DNA from: a virus
Lineage: Duplodnaviria > Caudoviricetes
Virus record (IMG/VR): IMGVR_UViG_3300010218_000017
Span: 1-43,525 of that record
Length of the DNA stretch: 43,525 nt
Direction: 5' to 3' (one strand)
Shown here: in pieces, positions 34,922-42,792 of the stretch
Position numbering within the stretch: the first letter of the stretch is position 1
How the letters are laid out: every line of letters starts with the position of its first letter
Notes under the pieces: model-generated
Seen by the model: the letters and a program-made list of their open reading frames with translations, nothing else
Databases searched by the model: none
What the model was told of the DNA's origin: nothing
Made by a program: the position numbers and the translations under genes

Positions 34922-37435
34922 TCATGCGAAAAAGTAAGTACTATCAGTCACTTCCTCCAGGTCCAGGCTGCCCTCTGGTAGCGCTCTGGGCCACGCTAGG
35001 CCCTGCTTCGGGTTGACATAGCGGCACCACTCCTGGAACTGCTCCAGCATCGGCTCACTGTGGTTCTCCACGAAGGCCTCTCTGATGCAGGCGTAGAGCG
35101 TCCACATATCGGCCGCCACCGTGCCGTAGCTGTCGTGGATGGTGGTGATGGAGTTGATGCCGGCTCCCCAGGCCTTGTTCACGGCGGTGGTCAGGCAGGA
35201 GGCATCCATGGAGTGGACGAAGTTGGGGGCGATTGCTCGGCCCTGAGCCTTGGGGTCCAGAACGTTGGTTGTCTCCCACATAACCAGGTCCACCCGCTGG
35301 CCGTCGATCTCCGTGTGGATTTGCTTCTTGGCCCGTTCTCCGTAGAACTGCCGCACGATGAAGCCTGATGGTGTCTTCCAGAACAGCGGCTTGCCGTCCG
35401 CGCAGGCCAGGTTGCAGTTGTCCTGGAGCCACTTCATCACGTCTCTCGCCCGGTCCACCTTCGCGCCCACGGCTTCCCAGAGTTTCTTCACCATGTAGCC
35501 GACGTACTCGAAGGCCTCGTGCTCCTGAATGGCGATGTGCTTAGGGTCGTTCTCGATGAGCCAGTCCATGGTGTACTCAAAGTAACTGTGCCGCGTGCCG
35601 CCGTAGGGCAGGATCATCACGGGCCGCTTGGTCAGACTTCTGGGGCACCTTCCGTTCACCGCCGCCAGCCAGACATGGGCCTTGGGCTCGTTGGCCAGGG
35701 CATCGAGTTCCAACAGCTTGGTCAGCTCGTCGGCCACCTCCTGGTAGATGTCTCGTGGCTTGTCGGCGGGGATGAGATTGACCGACGCTCCACCCACCTC
35801 ATCTCGGATCATCGCCGAGAGGTGCTGGATGCCGTTGCAAGTGCCGTCCACCCTGATGGGCAGGGTGGAGACGAAGTTCTCTGGGTCGGCCAGATAGCCG
35901 GTCCACTCGAAGATCGCCGCGAGGGCCTGCCATGCGCTATCCCCCTTGTCGGCCTCGCACCACTCCCTGTTCACGATCGGCTCGTTGGCGATGCGGAACC
36001 ATAAGTCCTGCCTGTCCTCCACCCACTTCACCCGCTCGTCCATTGACACCTTGTCCACCCCGAAGCAGTTGGCCACCTGAAGCGCCAGCCACCAGGCATC
36101 TTCGGGTCCGACCTTCTTGCCCTCGGAGAATGTCAGCAGCCCTCTGTGGAGATCGTCACCCTGCGGCGAGAGGTCTGAGGGGATGGGATACATGCGGCCA
36201 CGGAAGTCCAACATCTGGGGGAAGTAGAAGCACGGCTCGCGGTTCATTCTCTCGGCGGTCATCAGGCAGCGACGGGCGGCTAGGTACTTAGAGACCCGCT
36301 TGGCGTTCCGCGTGTTGACGGCCCCCGCCTCCTTGGCCCAGGTCTTGTGTACCTCTGGGTCGTGGTCGGCCTCGGGTGGCCTCGCTGGCTTGGTCTCGGG
36401 CTCCCGACGTGGCAGGCCGCACAGTCCAAGGTCTAGCTCCCAGAACTGCTGGGCGACCTCCAGCACCTTCGCGTTGATCTTCCAGGCCGTCTCCTGGACC
36501 GCATTGAGGGCGTCATAGACCTGGGGCATGTCGAGGGCCTCGTAGTCGTCAATAGCCCGCTGCTTCTGGTTCTCGTGGTTGGCCCGGAAGCGGATGAGGA
36601 AGGGTGTCTTCACGAAAGGCGTCCAGTAGCCGCCGTCGCGTGGCCCCACCCAGGGCTTGGGCGGGATGAGGGTTGGTAGGAACGTGGCCGAGTGGACCAG
36701 CTCATCATCGGTAGCTGCGTCGAGCCAGGACAACAGGTCGTCATCCGCCTGGAGGACCATCATACGGTTCTTCGGTTTGCCCTTCCTGTGGTTGGTGATC
36801 TTGTAGTTTGGGTCGGGGACGATCCTGAAGCGGCGGGTTGCCTGGATCACACAGTTGATCAGCTCAAGGCCGACCCGGCGTCTCTGCTCATCGGTCCAGT
36901 TCACCCAGCCGATCTTCTCGGACACGAACTTGTTGAAGATGGCGATGCGGGAGCGCTTTTGATGGGCGGCGTTGGAGCCACGCTTCAGGTAGTGCCTGGT
37001 CAGGGCGTCCCATTGCTCCGCATCCGCAGCCTTCCATGCTCTCGCCCGTGCCTCATGTTCGATCCATGTGCCCAGCTCGTAGCCGATCGCGATGAGGCCT
37101 GGTGTCTCGTGCCCGAGCTGCCGCGTGACGACACGCAGAGCGCAGACCGCCGAGACTTCTGCGGGGAGCAACTTCAGTAGCGGCAGTGCGATGGACTTCA
37201 CGCCCCTCTTGGCGGACCCTGCGGCTATCCACTTCTCGATATGCTCGGCGAGCGGCAAGACCCACTCGTGGATCAGGGAGCGTTGGGGGCGGAGTGTGGA
37301 CATATCCCTCGCGGCCTTCGCCCGGTTGATCTTATCTAGGGCCTTCTGCTTGCCCAGTGCGAGCATCTCCTCTTCGAGCGCAACTTCATCGTCCCACCTG
37401 TCGTGCAGGTAGGGTGCGGACTGCATGTTCATCAT
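34922..37435 (-). CDS. Single-subunit DNA-directed RNA polymerase (T7 gp1-like)
   Basis: PPKPW...GGY, DFRGRMYP, DGTCNGIQH (motif A), RSLTKRPVMILPYG (motif B), APNFVHSMD, IHDSYGT (motif C), C-terminal YFFA. Confidence 0.98.
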   Translation of the reverse strand: MMNMQSAPYLHDRWDDEVALEEEMLALGKQKALDKINRAKAARDMSTLRPQRSLIHEWVLPLAEHIEKWIAAGSAKRGVKSIALPLLKLLPAEVSAVCALRVVTRQLGHETPGLIAIGYELGTWIEHEARARAWKAADAEQWDALTRHYLKRGSNAAHQKRSRIAIFNKFVSEKIGWVNWTDEQRRRVGLELINCVIQATRRFRIVPDPNYKITNHRKGKPKNRMMVLQADDDLLSWLDAATDDELVHSATFLPTLIPPKPWVGPRDGGYWTPFVKTPFLIRFRANHENQKQRAIDDYEALDMPQVYDALNAVQETAWKINAKVLEVAQQFWELDLGLCGLPRREPETKPARPPEADHDPEVHKTWAKEAGAVNTRNAKRVSKYLAARRCLMTAERMNREPCFYFPQMLDFRGRMYPIPSDLSPQGDDLHRGLLTFSEGKKVGPEDAWWLALQVANCFGVDKVSMDERVKWVEDRQDLWFRIANEPIVNREWCEADKGDSAWQALAAIFEWTGYLADPENFVSTLPIRVDGTCNGIQHLSAMIRDEVGGASVNLIPADKPRDIYQEVADELTKLLELDALANEPKAHVWLAAVNGRCPRSLTKRPVMILPYGGTRHSYFEYTMDWLIENDPKHIAIQEHEAFEYVGYMVKKLWEAVGAKVDRARDVMKWLQDNCNLACADGKPLFWKTPSGFIVRQFYGERAKKQIHTEIDGQRVDLVMWETTNVLDPKAQGRAIAPNFVHSMDASCLTTAVNKAWGAGINSITTIHDSYGTVAADMWTLYACIREAFVENHSEPMLEQFQEWCRYVNPKQGLAWPRALPEGSLDLEEVTDSTYFFA

Positions 37436-37457
37436 AGGGACTTCCGCCTGATAATAA

Positions 37458-37484
37458 TGTGGAATGTTGTAACGTTAGATGCAA
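37458..37484 (-). promoter_or_regulatory. Motif copy upstream of the RNAP gene, embedded in a TTGCAT-N16-CCACAT host-promoter-like element
   Basis: - strand TTGCATctaacgttacaacattCCACATtattat. Confidence 0.6.
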
Positions 37485-37547
37485 CGCAAGAATTTCGACC
37501 CACCGCGCCCCTTCACGAGAACGATGGGTTGGGACTTGGAGTACGAC

Positions 37548-37670
37548 TTAGCGACTTCGCCTCCTGTAGAAGATACTGCCTCTGTAAAGCCTGAGGATGA
37601 TCAGAGGTCCGAAGGTGATAGCCATAGCAGTGGCCATGCCGATGAGAATGCCAGCCAGATAAGGGTTCAT
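37548..37670 (-). CDS. Small single-TM protein (40 aa), absent from the ORF track
   Basis: MNPYLAGILIGMATAMAITFGPLIILRLYRGSIFYRRRSR; ATGA coupling, GAGG RBS. Confidence 0.65.
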   Translation of the reverse strand: MNPYLAGILIGMATAMAITFGPLIILRLYRGSIFYRRRSR

Positions 37671-37864
37671 CCCCTCACCTCCTCTGCATCCTTGGTGGTG
37701 AACCAGATGCTCGTACCATCAGGCCCGACTTCAAGTTTGTCGAACACCTTGCGGTATGGGAGATACGGAGCGCTGAAGTGCGCCTGAGAGAACCCTCGTC
37801 TCTCTAGGTCCCTGACGTGGCGTCGGAACTTCAAGGCGCGTATCACGAAAGCAGTGACCTTCAT
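37667..37864 (-). CDS. Hypothetical protein
   Basis: 65 aa, ATGA-coupled on both sides. Confidence 0.65.
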   Translation of the reverse strand: MKVTAFVIRALKFRRHVRDLERRGFSQAHFSAPYLPYRKVFDKLEVGPDGTSIWFTTKDAEEVRG

Positions 37865-38232
37865 CCCTTGAACTCCTGTCTGTAGTCTGCCCCCAAGTAC
37901 AGCGGATAGTCGCTGTCCAGCGGGTCAACCTTCGAGCCTATCCACTGGAACCGCGTCTCGTACTGCACATTGACTAGGCCCCGCTGGGTCTCCCTGATGG
38001 GGAAATCCGCGTACTGGCATAATTCCTCCGCAATAGCCCTCGCCAAGTTCTTTTTGACGATACGCTCTGCGGGGATGTGGGAGGCGAGGAGCGTGTCCTT
38101 CGAGATAACCTCCCGTGCCCCGATTGTCCTTATGAACCCCCGCTCGATGACCGCGAAACCACGATCCTTGAGCTTCTTGATCATGTCCATCGTCTCGTCG
38201 TCTCGCGGGACGGACTTATAGTAGTCGCTCAT
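37861..38232 (-). CDS. Hypothetical protein
   Basis: 123 aa, GGAG RBS, ATGA coupling. Confidence 0.7.
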   Translation of the reverse strand: MSDYYKSVPRDDETMDMIKKLKDRGFAVIERGFIRTIGAREVISKDTLLASHIPAERIVKKNLARAIAEELCQYADFPIRETQRGLVNVQYETRFQWIGSKVDPLDSDYPLYLGADYRQEFKG

Positions 38233-38474
38233 CCCACGATCTCCCTCACCACCTGGACCTTCAAGCCACTCAGCGGGCAGGACTTGCGCTCCACCACGAA
38301 GAGCCTCCCCTCCTCATCCCAGAAGACGCCGCGCTGCTTGACCGGCATCAGGTCCCACTGCTCCTTGGTTGTCTTGCCGAGGTGCGCATAGGCCTGTGAC
38401 ATATCGTTGCCGAAAAGCTCGACATCCAATGTCTTGATGAGGGATGTGATAATGTTGGGTATAGGCCAACTCAT
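38229..38474 (-). CDS. Hypothetical protein (start revised to MSWPIP)
   Basis: GGAG RBS before ATG 38474; motif copy at 38502-38511 then falls upstream of the gene. Confidence 0.6.
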   Translation of the reverse strand: MSWPIPNIITSLIKTLDVELFGNDMSQAYAHLGKTTKEQWDLMPVKQRGVFWDEEGRLFVVERKSCPLSGLKVQVVREIVG

Positions 38475-38604
38475 TGTCTCTGCTCCATGTTTTCGGAGAC
38501 AGTGTGGAATGCGAGCGATTATGGACAAGCACCTAAATCTAAAGCATTTCTGGATTGTGCTTTTGGATCAGGGACTTAAAGCTACCACACTCCACACTAA
38601 TGTC

Positions 38605-38730
38605 TCAGTTCGTGTCACCAGGAGCCCTGTTCTTGCGGTGTTTCCACCAAACGTAAGCCCCGATTGCAACCAGAAGGACTGCCAAATAGGCTTTATCGGC
38701 AATCCAGAGGTACCAGTATGTTGTCCACAT
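38605..38730 (-). CDS. Small single-TM protein (41 aa), absent from the ORF track
   Basis: MWTTYWYLWIADKAYLAVLLVAIGAYVWWKHRKNRAPGDTN; GGAG RBS; basic residues after the TM segment. Confidence 0.6.
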   Translation of the reverse strand: MWTTYWYLWIADKAYLAVLLVAIGAYVWWKHRKNRAPGDTN

Positions 38731-38765
38731 GCGCAGCGTCTCCATGGAGCTGCGAATGGTAGTCT

Positions 38766-38975
38766 TCAGGTAGCCGGATGTCCATCGTCATCAGGGATTG
38801 TAACAGTAAGGTACGGTCCCTGCCAGTAGAAGGACCAAGTTGGCTCGTAAAGTCCGATCTCAGTCTCAAACTCGTGACCGCTTACTTCTAGGACCATGCC
38901 GTGTCGCTTTGATACTTCATCCAGGTCCTTCAAAAAGGCCTGCACCTTAGGATGATCTGCTTTGACCCTGGCCAT
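38766..38975 (-). CDS. Hypothetical protein
   Basis: 69 aa; FLKDLDEVSKRHG pattern common in small phage proteins. Confidence 0.65.
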   Translation of the reverse strand: MARVKADHPKVQAFLKDLDEVSKRHGMVLEVSGHEFETEIGLYEPTWSFYWQGPYLTVTIPDDDGHPAT

Positions 38976-39354
38976 GACGCCTACTCTCCGCCCTCTCCCG
39001 CCTCAGCTCCACCAGCTTCTCCAAGTCATAGTGAGGATCGAACACGCTCTCCCCCTTGTACTTGAACTGCTCGCGGACCTCATGTTCCACCGCAGTCATC
39101 ACCGCCTTGAACACCGTCTGGACGATCTCGCTGTCCGTCATGTGCGGCGAGAGGAGCCACTTGCGGCCGTACCACGTCATGTCCTCGCCTGTCACGTTGT
39201 CCTTGGAGTCCGCCTCGAAGACCTGGGCGTAGAAGTAGCCTCGGGTGTCGTACATGAACTGGACCTGGAGTTGGCCTGGAAGCCTCAGCACGTGGTATAT
39301 GTCCCATAGGCGGACCATGAAGTTGGTCGTAGGGATGTCCACGAAACAGTCCAT
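38947..39354 (-). CDS. Conserved phage hypothetical protein (GRKW.LSPHMT.SEIVQT.FKA...EHE.RE.F.Y motif); start revised
   Basis: The 302-aa track ORF runs across the tRNA; the protein-like part begins at MDCF (39354) or MVRL (39318), downstream of motif copy 39405-39422. Confidence 0.75.
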   Translation of the reverse strand: MDCFVDIPTTNFMVRLWDIYHVLRLPGQLQVQFMYDTRGYFYAQVFEADSKDNVTGEDMTWYGRKWLLSPHMTDSEIVQTVFKAVMTAVEHEVREQFKYKGESVFDPHYDLEKLVELRRERAESRRHGQGQSRSS

Positions 39355-39404
39355 GATGTCCCGTCCCCTAAGCGTCGTGTTGACGCAGATTTGGCGCGGC
39401 GACT

Positions 39405-39422
39405 GTGTGGAATGTTGTAGGG
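39405..39422 (-). promoter_or_regulatory. Conserved motif copy CCCTACAACATTCCACAC
   Basis: Exact core; first copy on the RNAP side of the tRNA/attP. Confidence 0.7.
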
Positions 39423-39622
39423 TTGGTGCCAAAGGAAGCACCAACGGCTTGCCACCGGATACCTCCAGTTCACACTCAAGGTCCACCTCATCGAGAGGGG
39501 GAGGAGTGGCTCCGCTCGGCATCTGGTTGTGAGACAATGCGTCTTCCTTCAAGGCCCTCTCGATTGCCTCCTCCCAGGACTTGCGTGGGTAGACCAGCCC
39601 GTGGTAGAGGCGCTGCTCGGAT

Positions 39623-39707
39623 GCCCCGTTGGCGGAACTGGTAGACGCAGTGGATTTAGGTTCCACCGCCGAGAGGCGTGCAGGTTCGACTCCTGTGCGG
39701 GGCACCA
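39623..39707 (+). tRNA. trnL: tRNA-Leu(TAG), complete 85 nt with encoded CCA; probable attP-containing site
   Basis: Acceptor GCCCCGT/GCGGGGC-A-CCA, D arm GGCGGAACTGGTAGACGC, anticodon arm GTGGA-TTTAGGT-TCCAC, long variable arm CGCCGAGAGGCG, T arm GCAGG-TTCGACT-CCTGT; ~290 nt downstream of the integrase. Confidence 0.95.
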
Positions 39708-39794
39708 CTCCGATTGCATGGGCGAGCCACATAGGTATTTCCAACTGCACCGGTCCCAAGATCGAATGCACGAATGGCATAGTGTGGTATGTTG

Positions 39795-40001
39795 TCATGC
39801 TTTGAATACTCCTTCCTGTATTAAGCCATAAGGCTTTGTCATGATGCGCCTCCAAATCTTGCCGTAAATTTCATCCTGTATGTCCTTGCCTACTCCCAGC
39901 TCTACCGCCCGTTTTATTGTGGCCTCAAGGTAAATCTCAAATGCCTTCTCATGGAGGGCGAGGTGCACCTCTTCCATTATATCCGCTTCGCTCATGTTCA
40001 C
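39795..40001 (-). CDS. Small hypothetical protein downstream of the integrase
   Basis: 68 aa, GTGA coupling with the integrase stop, AAGGAG RBS. Confidence 0.55.
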   Translation of the reverse strand: MNMSEADIMEEVHLALHEKAFEIYLEATIKRAVELGVGKDIQDEIYGKIWRRIMTKPYGLIQEGVFKA

Positions 40002-41200
40002 TTCATAAGCTCCTTCGCAAAGGCGGCCACCTCCTGGGGGCTCGCTCCGGTTTCCTTGTAGGCGATGATGATGTCTTTAAGTTCGGCCGAGATGCTAGCC
40101 ACCTGGGGTTTGACCTCGGGCATTTTCATGTATTTCCTCGCGTCTTCCACCCTCCCGTTCCCTATCAGGTCCAGATAGCCCTCGGTGGTCGTTATGCTCT
40201 CGTGCCGGTAAACCTCCTGGAGCGTCTTGGTTGGCATCCCTCGGGCCGTCGCGTAGGCCCCGAAAGTCCGCCTCAAGGCCCGCAGCGTCGAGCTGGACAC
40301 ATCGTCCACCCCCAGGTGCCGCCGGCAGTCGTTCCACAAGTCCCGCGCCTGTCTGGAGGAGAACGGGAAGAGCTGCTTCCAGTCGTGCTTCCGGGCCCGC
40401 TCGACGCAGCGCTTGAAGATCGGGACCGCCATGTCAAACACAGGGATCGTATTGCCCGACTTCTTGGTCTTGGTGCCTGCCACCTGTATCCTGGGTTCCT
40501 CGCCCTCTAGGTCTATGAGTAGGCGCTCCTGGAGACGCAAGGCCTCCGCTGGACGGAACCCCTGGAAGCAGATGATGGTGATGTAATCCGAGAATAGTTC
40601 CTCGCCATTGAGTGTCAGCCATTTGGTCAACTCATCGAGCTGTTCCGGTCTCAGCCACCACTTCTCCACCCGCTTCACTGGGAGGTGCTTGAAGCCGATC
40701 TTATGCTTAGCCAGAGGTGGCTTCCGTTCCAGCGCCATGTCGTTCAGCACGGAGAGCATCGAGTAATACTTGTTGATCGTCGCGTTGGAGTTTCCTAGTG
40801 CCCTGCGCCAGTCCGTGAACTTCTCGACGTGCTCCGTGTTGATGTCATCGAGGTCTGCACAGCCTCGAAGTTCGAACCAATCGACCACCGGATAGATGGA
40901 CTTCTCCACGATCTTGCCCCAGTCCGTTCCCTTCCAGCGGTATTGGAGTGCGATCTCGGTGATAAACCTCAAGGTCCCGCTCTTGCCCTTCTTATTGCTT
41001 GGGGTCTTCGAGGGGAGAGGCTGATCGCTGTCCTTCACCGGCCACTTGCCGTAGACTTCGAGGGCCTGGGTGATCTCGGTATGGAGCTGCTCGGCGAGTT
41101 CCTCGGTGTCTACGCTGCGTCTGATCCGCTTGTAGCCTGGGAGTGCCGTGGCGACTGCTACGTCTACCTCAAATCTTTTCCCTCTGGGTCGTATTGACAT
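39998..41200 (-). CDS. int: Tyrosine integrase/recombinase
   Basis: SAM-like domain (SNATINKYYSMLS), catalytic GFRPAEA (R), TKTKK (K), RALRRT (HxxR box), RHESITTTEGY (H, Y); adjacent tRNA. Confidence 0.92.
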   Translation of the reverse strand: MSIRPRGKRFEVDVAVATALPGYKRIRRSVDTEELAEQLHTEITQALEVYGKWPVKDSDQPLPSKTPSNKKGKSGTLRFITEIALQYRWKGTDWGKIVEKSIYPVVDWFELRGCADLDDINTEHVEKFTDWRRALGNSNATINKYYSMLSVLNDMALERKPPLAKHKIGFKHLPVKRVEKWWLRPEQLDELTKWLTLNGEELFSDYITIICFQGFRPAEALRLQERLLIDLEGEEPRIQVAGTKTKKSGNTIPVFDMAVPIFKRCVERARKHDWKQLFPFSSRQARDLWNDCRRHLGVDDVSSSTLRALRRTFGAYATARGMPTKTLQEVYRHESITTTEGYLDLIGNGRVEDARKYMKMPEVKPQVASISAELKDIIIAYKETGASPQEVAAFAKELMK

Positions 41201-41594
41201 CGTGGTTTCCGTTCGGTCCTTGCATTAGGTACATGAGCTGGCTGGCTAGAGCCTTGCCTTTGGGTGTCAGAGACACTACCTTCTGCCGCCGGTTGAGGAC
41301 GTATTGGGCAGTCTTGACAAGGCCAAGCCCTGGGACCCCGATCCTCTCGAAGTCCCCAAGGTACCGCAGATGATACGAGGTCGTCGCCATCGGCAGTCCT
41401 ATCTTCTCCGAGAGTTCGGTGATGGTCAGCGGGGTATCCTTGGGGTTGTTGAAGCCCCATATAGCTACCCCGAGGAACGTCTTCATTATGGTCACTGGTA
41501 GTCCGTCACGGACGTTGATCATAACGCCGCACGCCTCAAAGAAGGAGCGGAGCCCCAGGTCTTGCTGCATCGGTAATGCCCCTTCGTTATTCAT
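41169..41594 (-). CDS. MarR-like winged helix-turn-helix regulator (candidate repressor or excision factor)
   Basis: LTITELSEKIGLPMATTSYHLRYL helix-turn-helix plus GLV.......NRRQKVVSLTPKGKAL wing; overlaps the integrase start. Confidence 0.85.
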   Translation of the reverse strand: MNNEGALPMQQDLGLRSFFEACGVMINVRDGLPVTIMKTFLGVAIWGFNNPKDTPLTITELSEKIGLPMATTSYHLRYLGDFERIGVPGLGLVKTAQYVLNRRQKVVSLTPKGKALASQLMYLMQGPNGNHDVNTTQREKI

Positions 41595-41823
41595 GTGGAG
41601 ATTGTCTCTCTCTTGCTCTCATTTACCGCACTGTTCGCGATATGTAAATTATGAAAGGACCGGTATCGGCAATCCACTCGACCCATCTTCCTTCCTTGTG
41701 CTGCGTCTTTGTAACACCCCAGGCCCACTCCTTGACTGACGCCAAGTCCACAGCCCGAGTTACAAAGCATTCCCATCTTCCAAAACGCACACGCATTGTA
41801 GGCACCCCTCGGTTTGTCCTTTA

Positions 41824-41873
41824 CCTCCCCTCCCTTGGAGACCGCCCGAAAGCAGTCCCCTAGGCTTGGGAGG
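41824..41873 (-). other. Long imperfect RNA hairpin capped by UUCG (candidate RNase III site or terminator)
   Basis: - strand CCTCCC-aag-CCT-a-GGGGACTGCT-TTCG-GGCGGTCTCC-a-AGG-gag-GGGAGG; no U tract. Confidence 0.55.
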
Positions 41874-41884
41874 CCCTTGAAGTG

Positions 41885-42373
41885 TCAACCCTGCGCAGTC
41901 TTGCCTTCCTCCTCGTGCTCGACATCCGAAAAGGACTTGCCCTCGACCTCGGCCAGTGACTTCTCGTCGGCCGGCTGGGAGGCCATGGTGCTGGCGACCT
42001 CGACGTCGGCATTCAGCTCATCGAAGGGCTCCAGGCCTAGGACGTCCGCGAGGTTCTCGCTGCGCCAGGTGTGGTCCGCCTCGATCGCCACGAGGTCTCC
42101 CTCCTGGTCCGCCGCCGTCCACGAGAGGTCAGCGTAGTTGAGGGTGTCCTTGGTCATGGCGGCGTAGCCTTCCTCGCCGATCCGCTTGATGTAGAACTCG
42201 CGGTGTTCCTTGAGGTCTGCCACGGCGAGGCCTTCGGCCCACTCGGGGATGGACGCCGGGTCCTCCACGCGGGCCGTGTCGCCGTTTCCTTGGGGGACGA
42301 TGTAGAAGCCGCCTTCGTGTTCATCCTTGGTGATGAGGATGCGGGACGGTAGGGATGTGGTAGTCATATTCAT
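41885..42373 (-). CDS. Highly acidic hypothetical protein
   Basis: 162 aa, D/E-rich, AAGGA RBS, downstream of a TTGACA promoter-like element. Confidence 0.8.
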   Translation of the reverse strand: MNMTTTSLPSRILITKDEHEGGFYIVPQGNGDTARVEDPASIPEWAEGLAVADLKEHREFYIKRIGEEGYAAMTKDTLNYADLSWTAADQEGDLVAIEADHTWRSENLADVLGLEPFDELNADVEVASTMASQPADEKSLAEVEGKSFSDVEHEEEGKTAQG

Positions 42374-42410
42374 GCACTCGTTCCTTCATGTCGGTGAGGG
42401 TTAATGTTTC

Positions 42411-42455
42411 TACCACATATCTAACAATGTGGTATATTGTAGAGTAGTTTGTCAA
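42411..42455 (-). promoter_or_regulatory. Host sigma70-type promoter candidate TTGACA-N17-CCACAT overlapped by a perfect inverted repeat TACCACAT-N8-ATGTGGTA (operator candidate)
   Basis: TTGACA at 42455-42450 (- strand); inverted repeat arms at 42411-42418 and 42427-42434. Confidence 0.65.
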
Positions 42456-42483
42456 GGCCTAGCTGTAATTGATCTGCATCAAA

Positions 42484-42792
42484 TTACTTGCCCTGGGTAT
42501 CGAGCAAGCCGTGCTCGGTCTCAAAGAGGTGCGTGATGGCCCACACGACTGGACGCCTTTTGGACCTTATGAGCGGCGCTATCTTGGTTTCCGGTAGCTT
42601 ACCGCGTTGGATTTCCGCCAGAGTCACTGGCCTTTCGAAGTAGAGGCCGCGAAAGGAGCCCTTGCCCGTCCTGTCGATCCTGCCGATGAACGTATCGGGT
42701 TCCTTAGGGTGCGGGATGAATTGACTTATGTTAATGTTATTGTTCACCAAATCATCCTTTACCGTCTTCTTCTTGTCAACTTCCTTTCGCAT
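42484..42792 (-). CDS. Hypothetical basic protein
   Basis: 102 aa, GAGG RBS, on the coding strand. Confidence 0.6.
   Translation of the reverse strand: MRKEVDKKKTVKDDLVNNNINISQFIPHPKEPDTFIGRIDRTGKGSFRGLYFERPVTLAEIQRGKLPETKIAPLIRSKRRPVVWAITHLFETEHGLLDTQGK

Noticed and set aside
39355-39855. N-terminal half of the 302-aa track ORF 38947-39855
   Set aside because: It is the antisense reading of tRNA-Leu (VPRTGVEPARLSAVEPKSTAS is the classic tRNA shadow) plus intergenic DNA; the real gene starts near 39354
41591-41805. Short ORFs 41591-41776 and 41623-41805 upstream of the regulator
   Set aside because: Weak RBS, atypical composition and mutual overlap; more likely leader or promoter DNA
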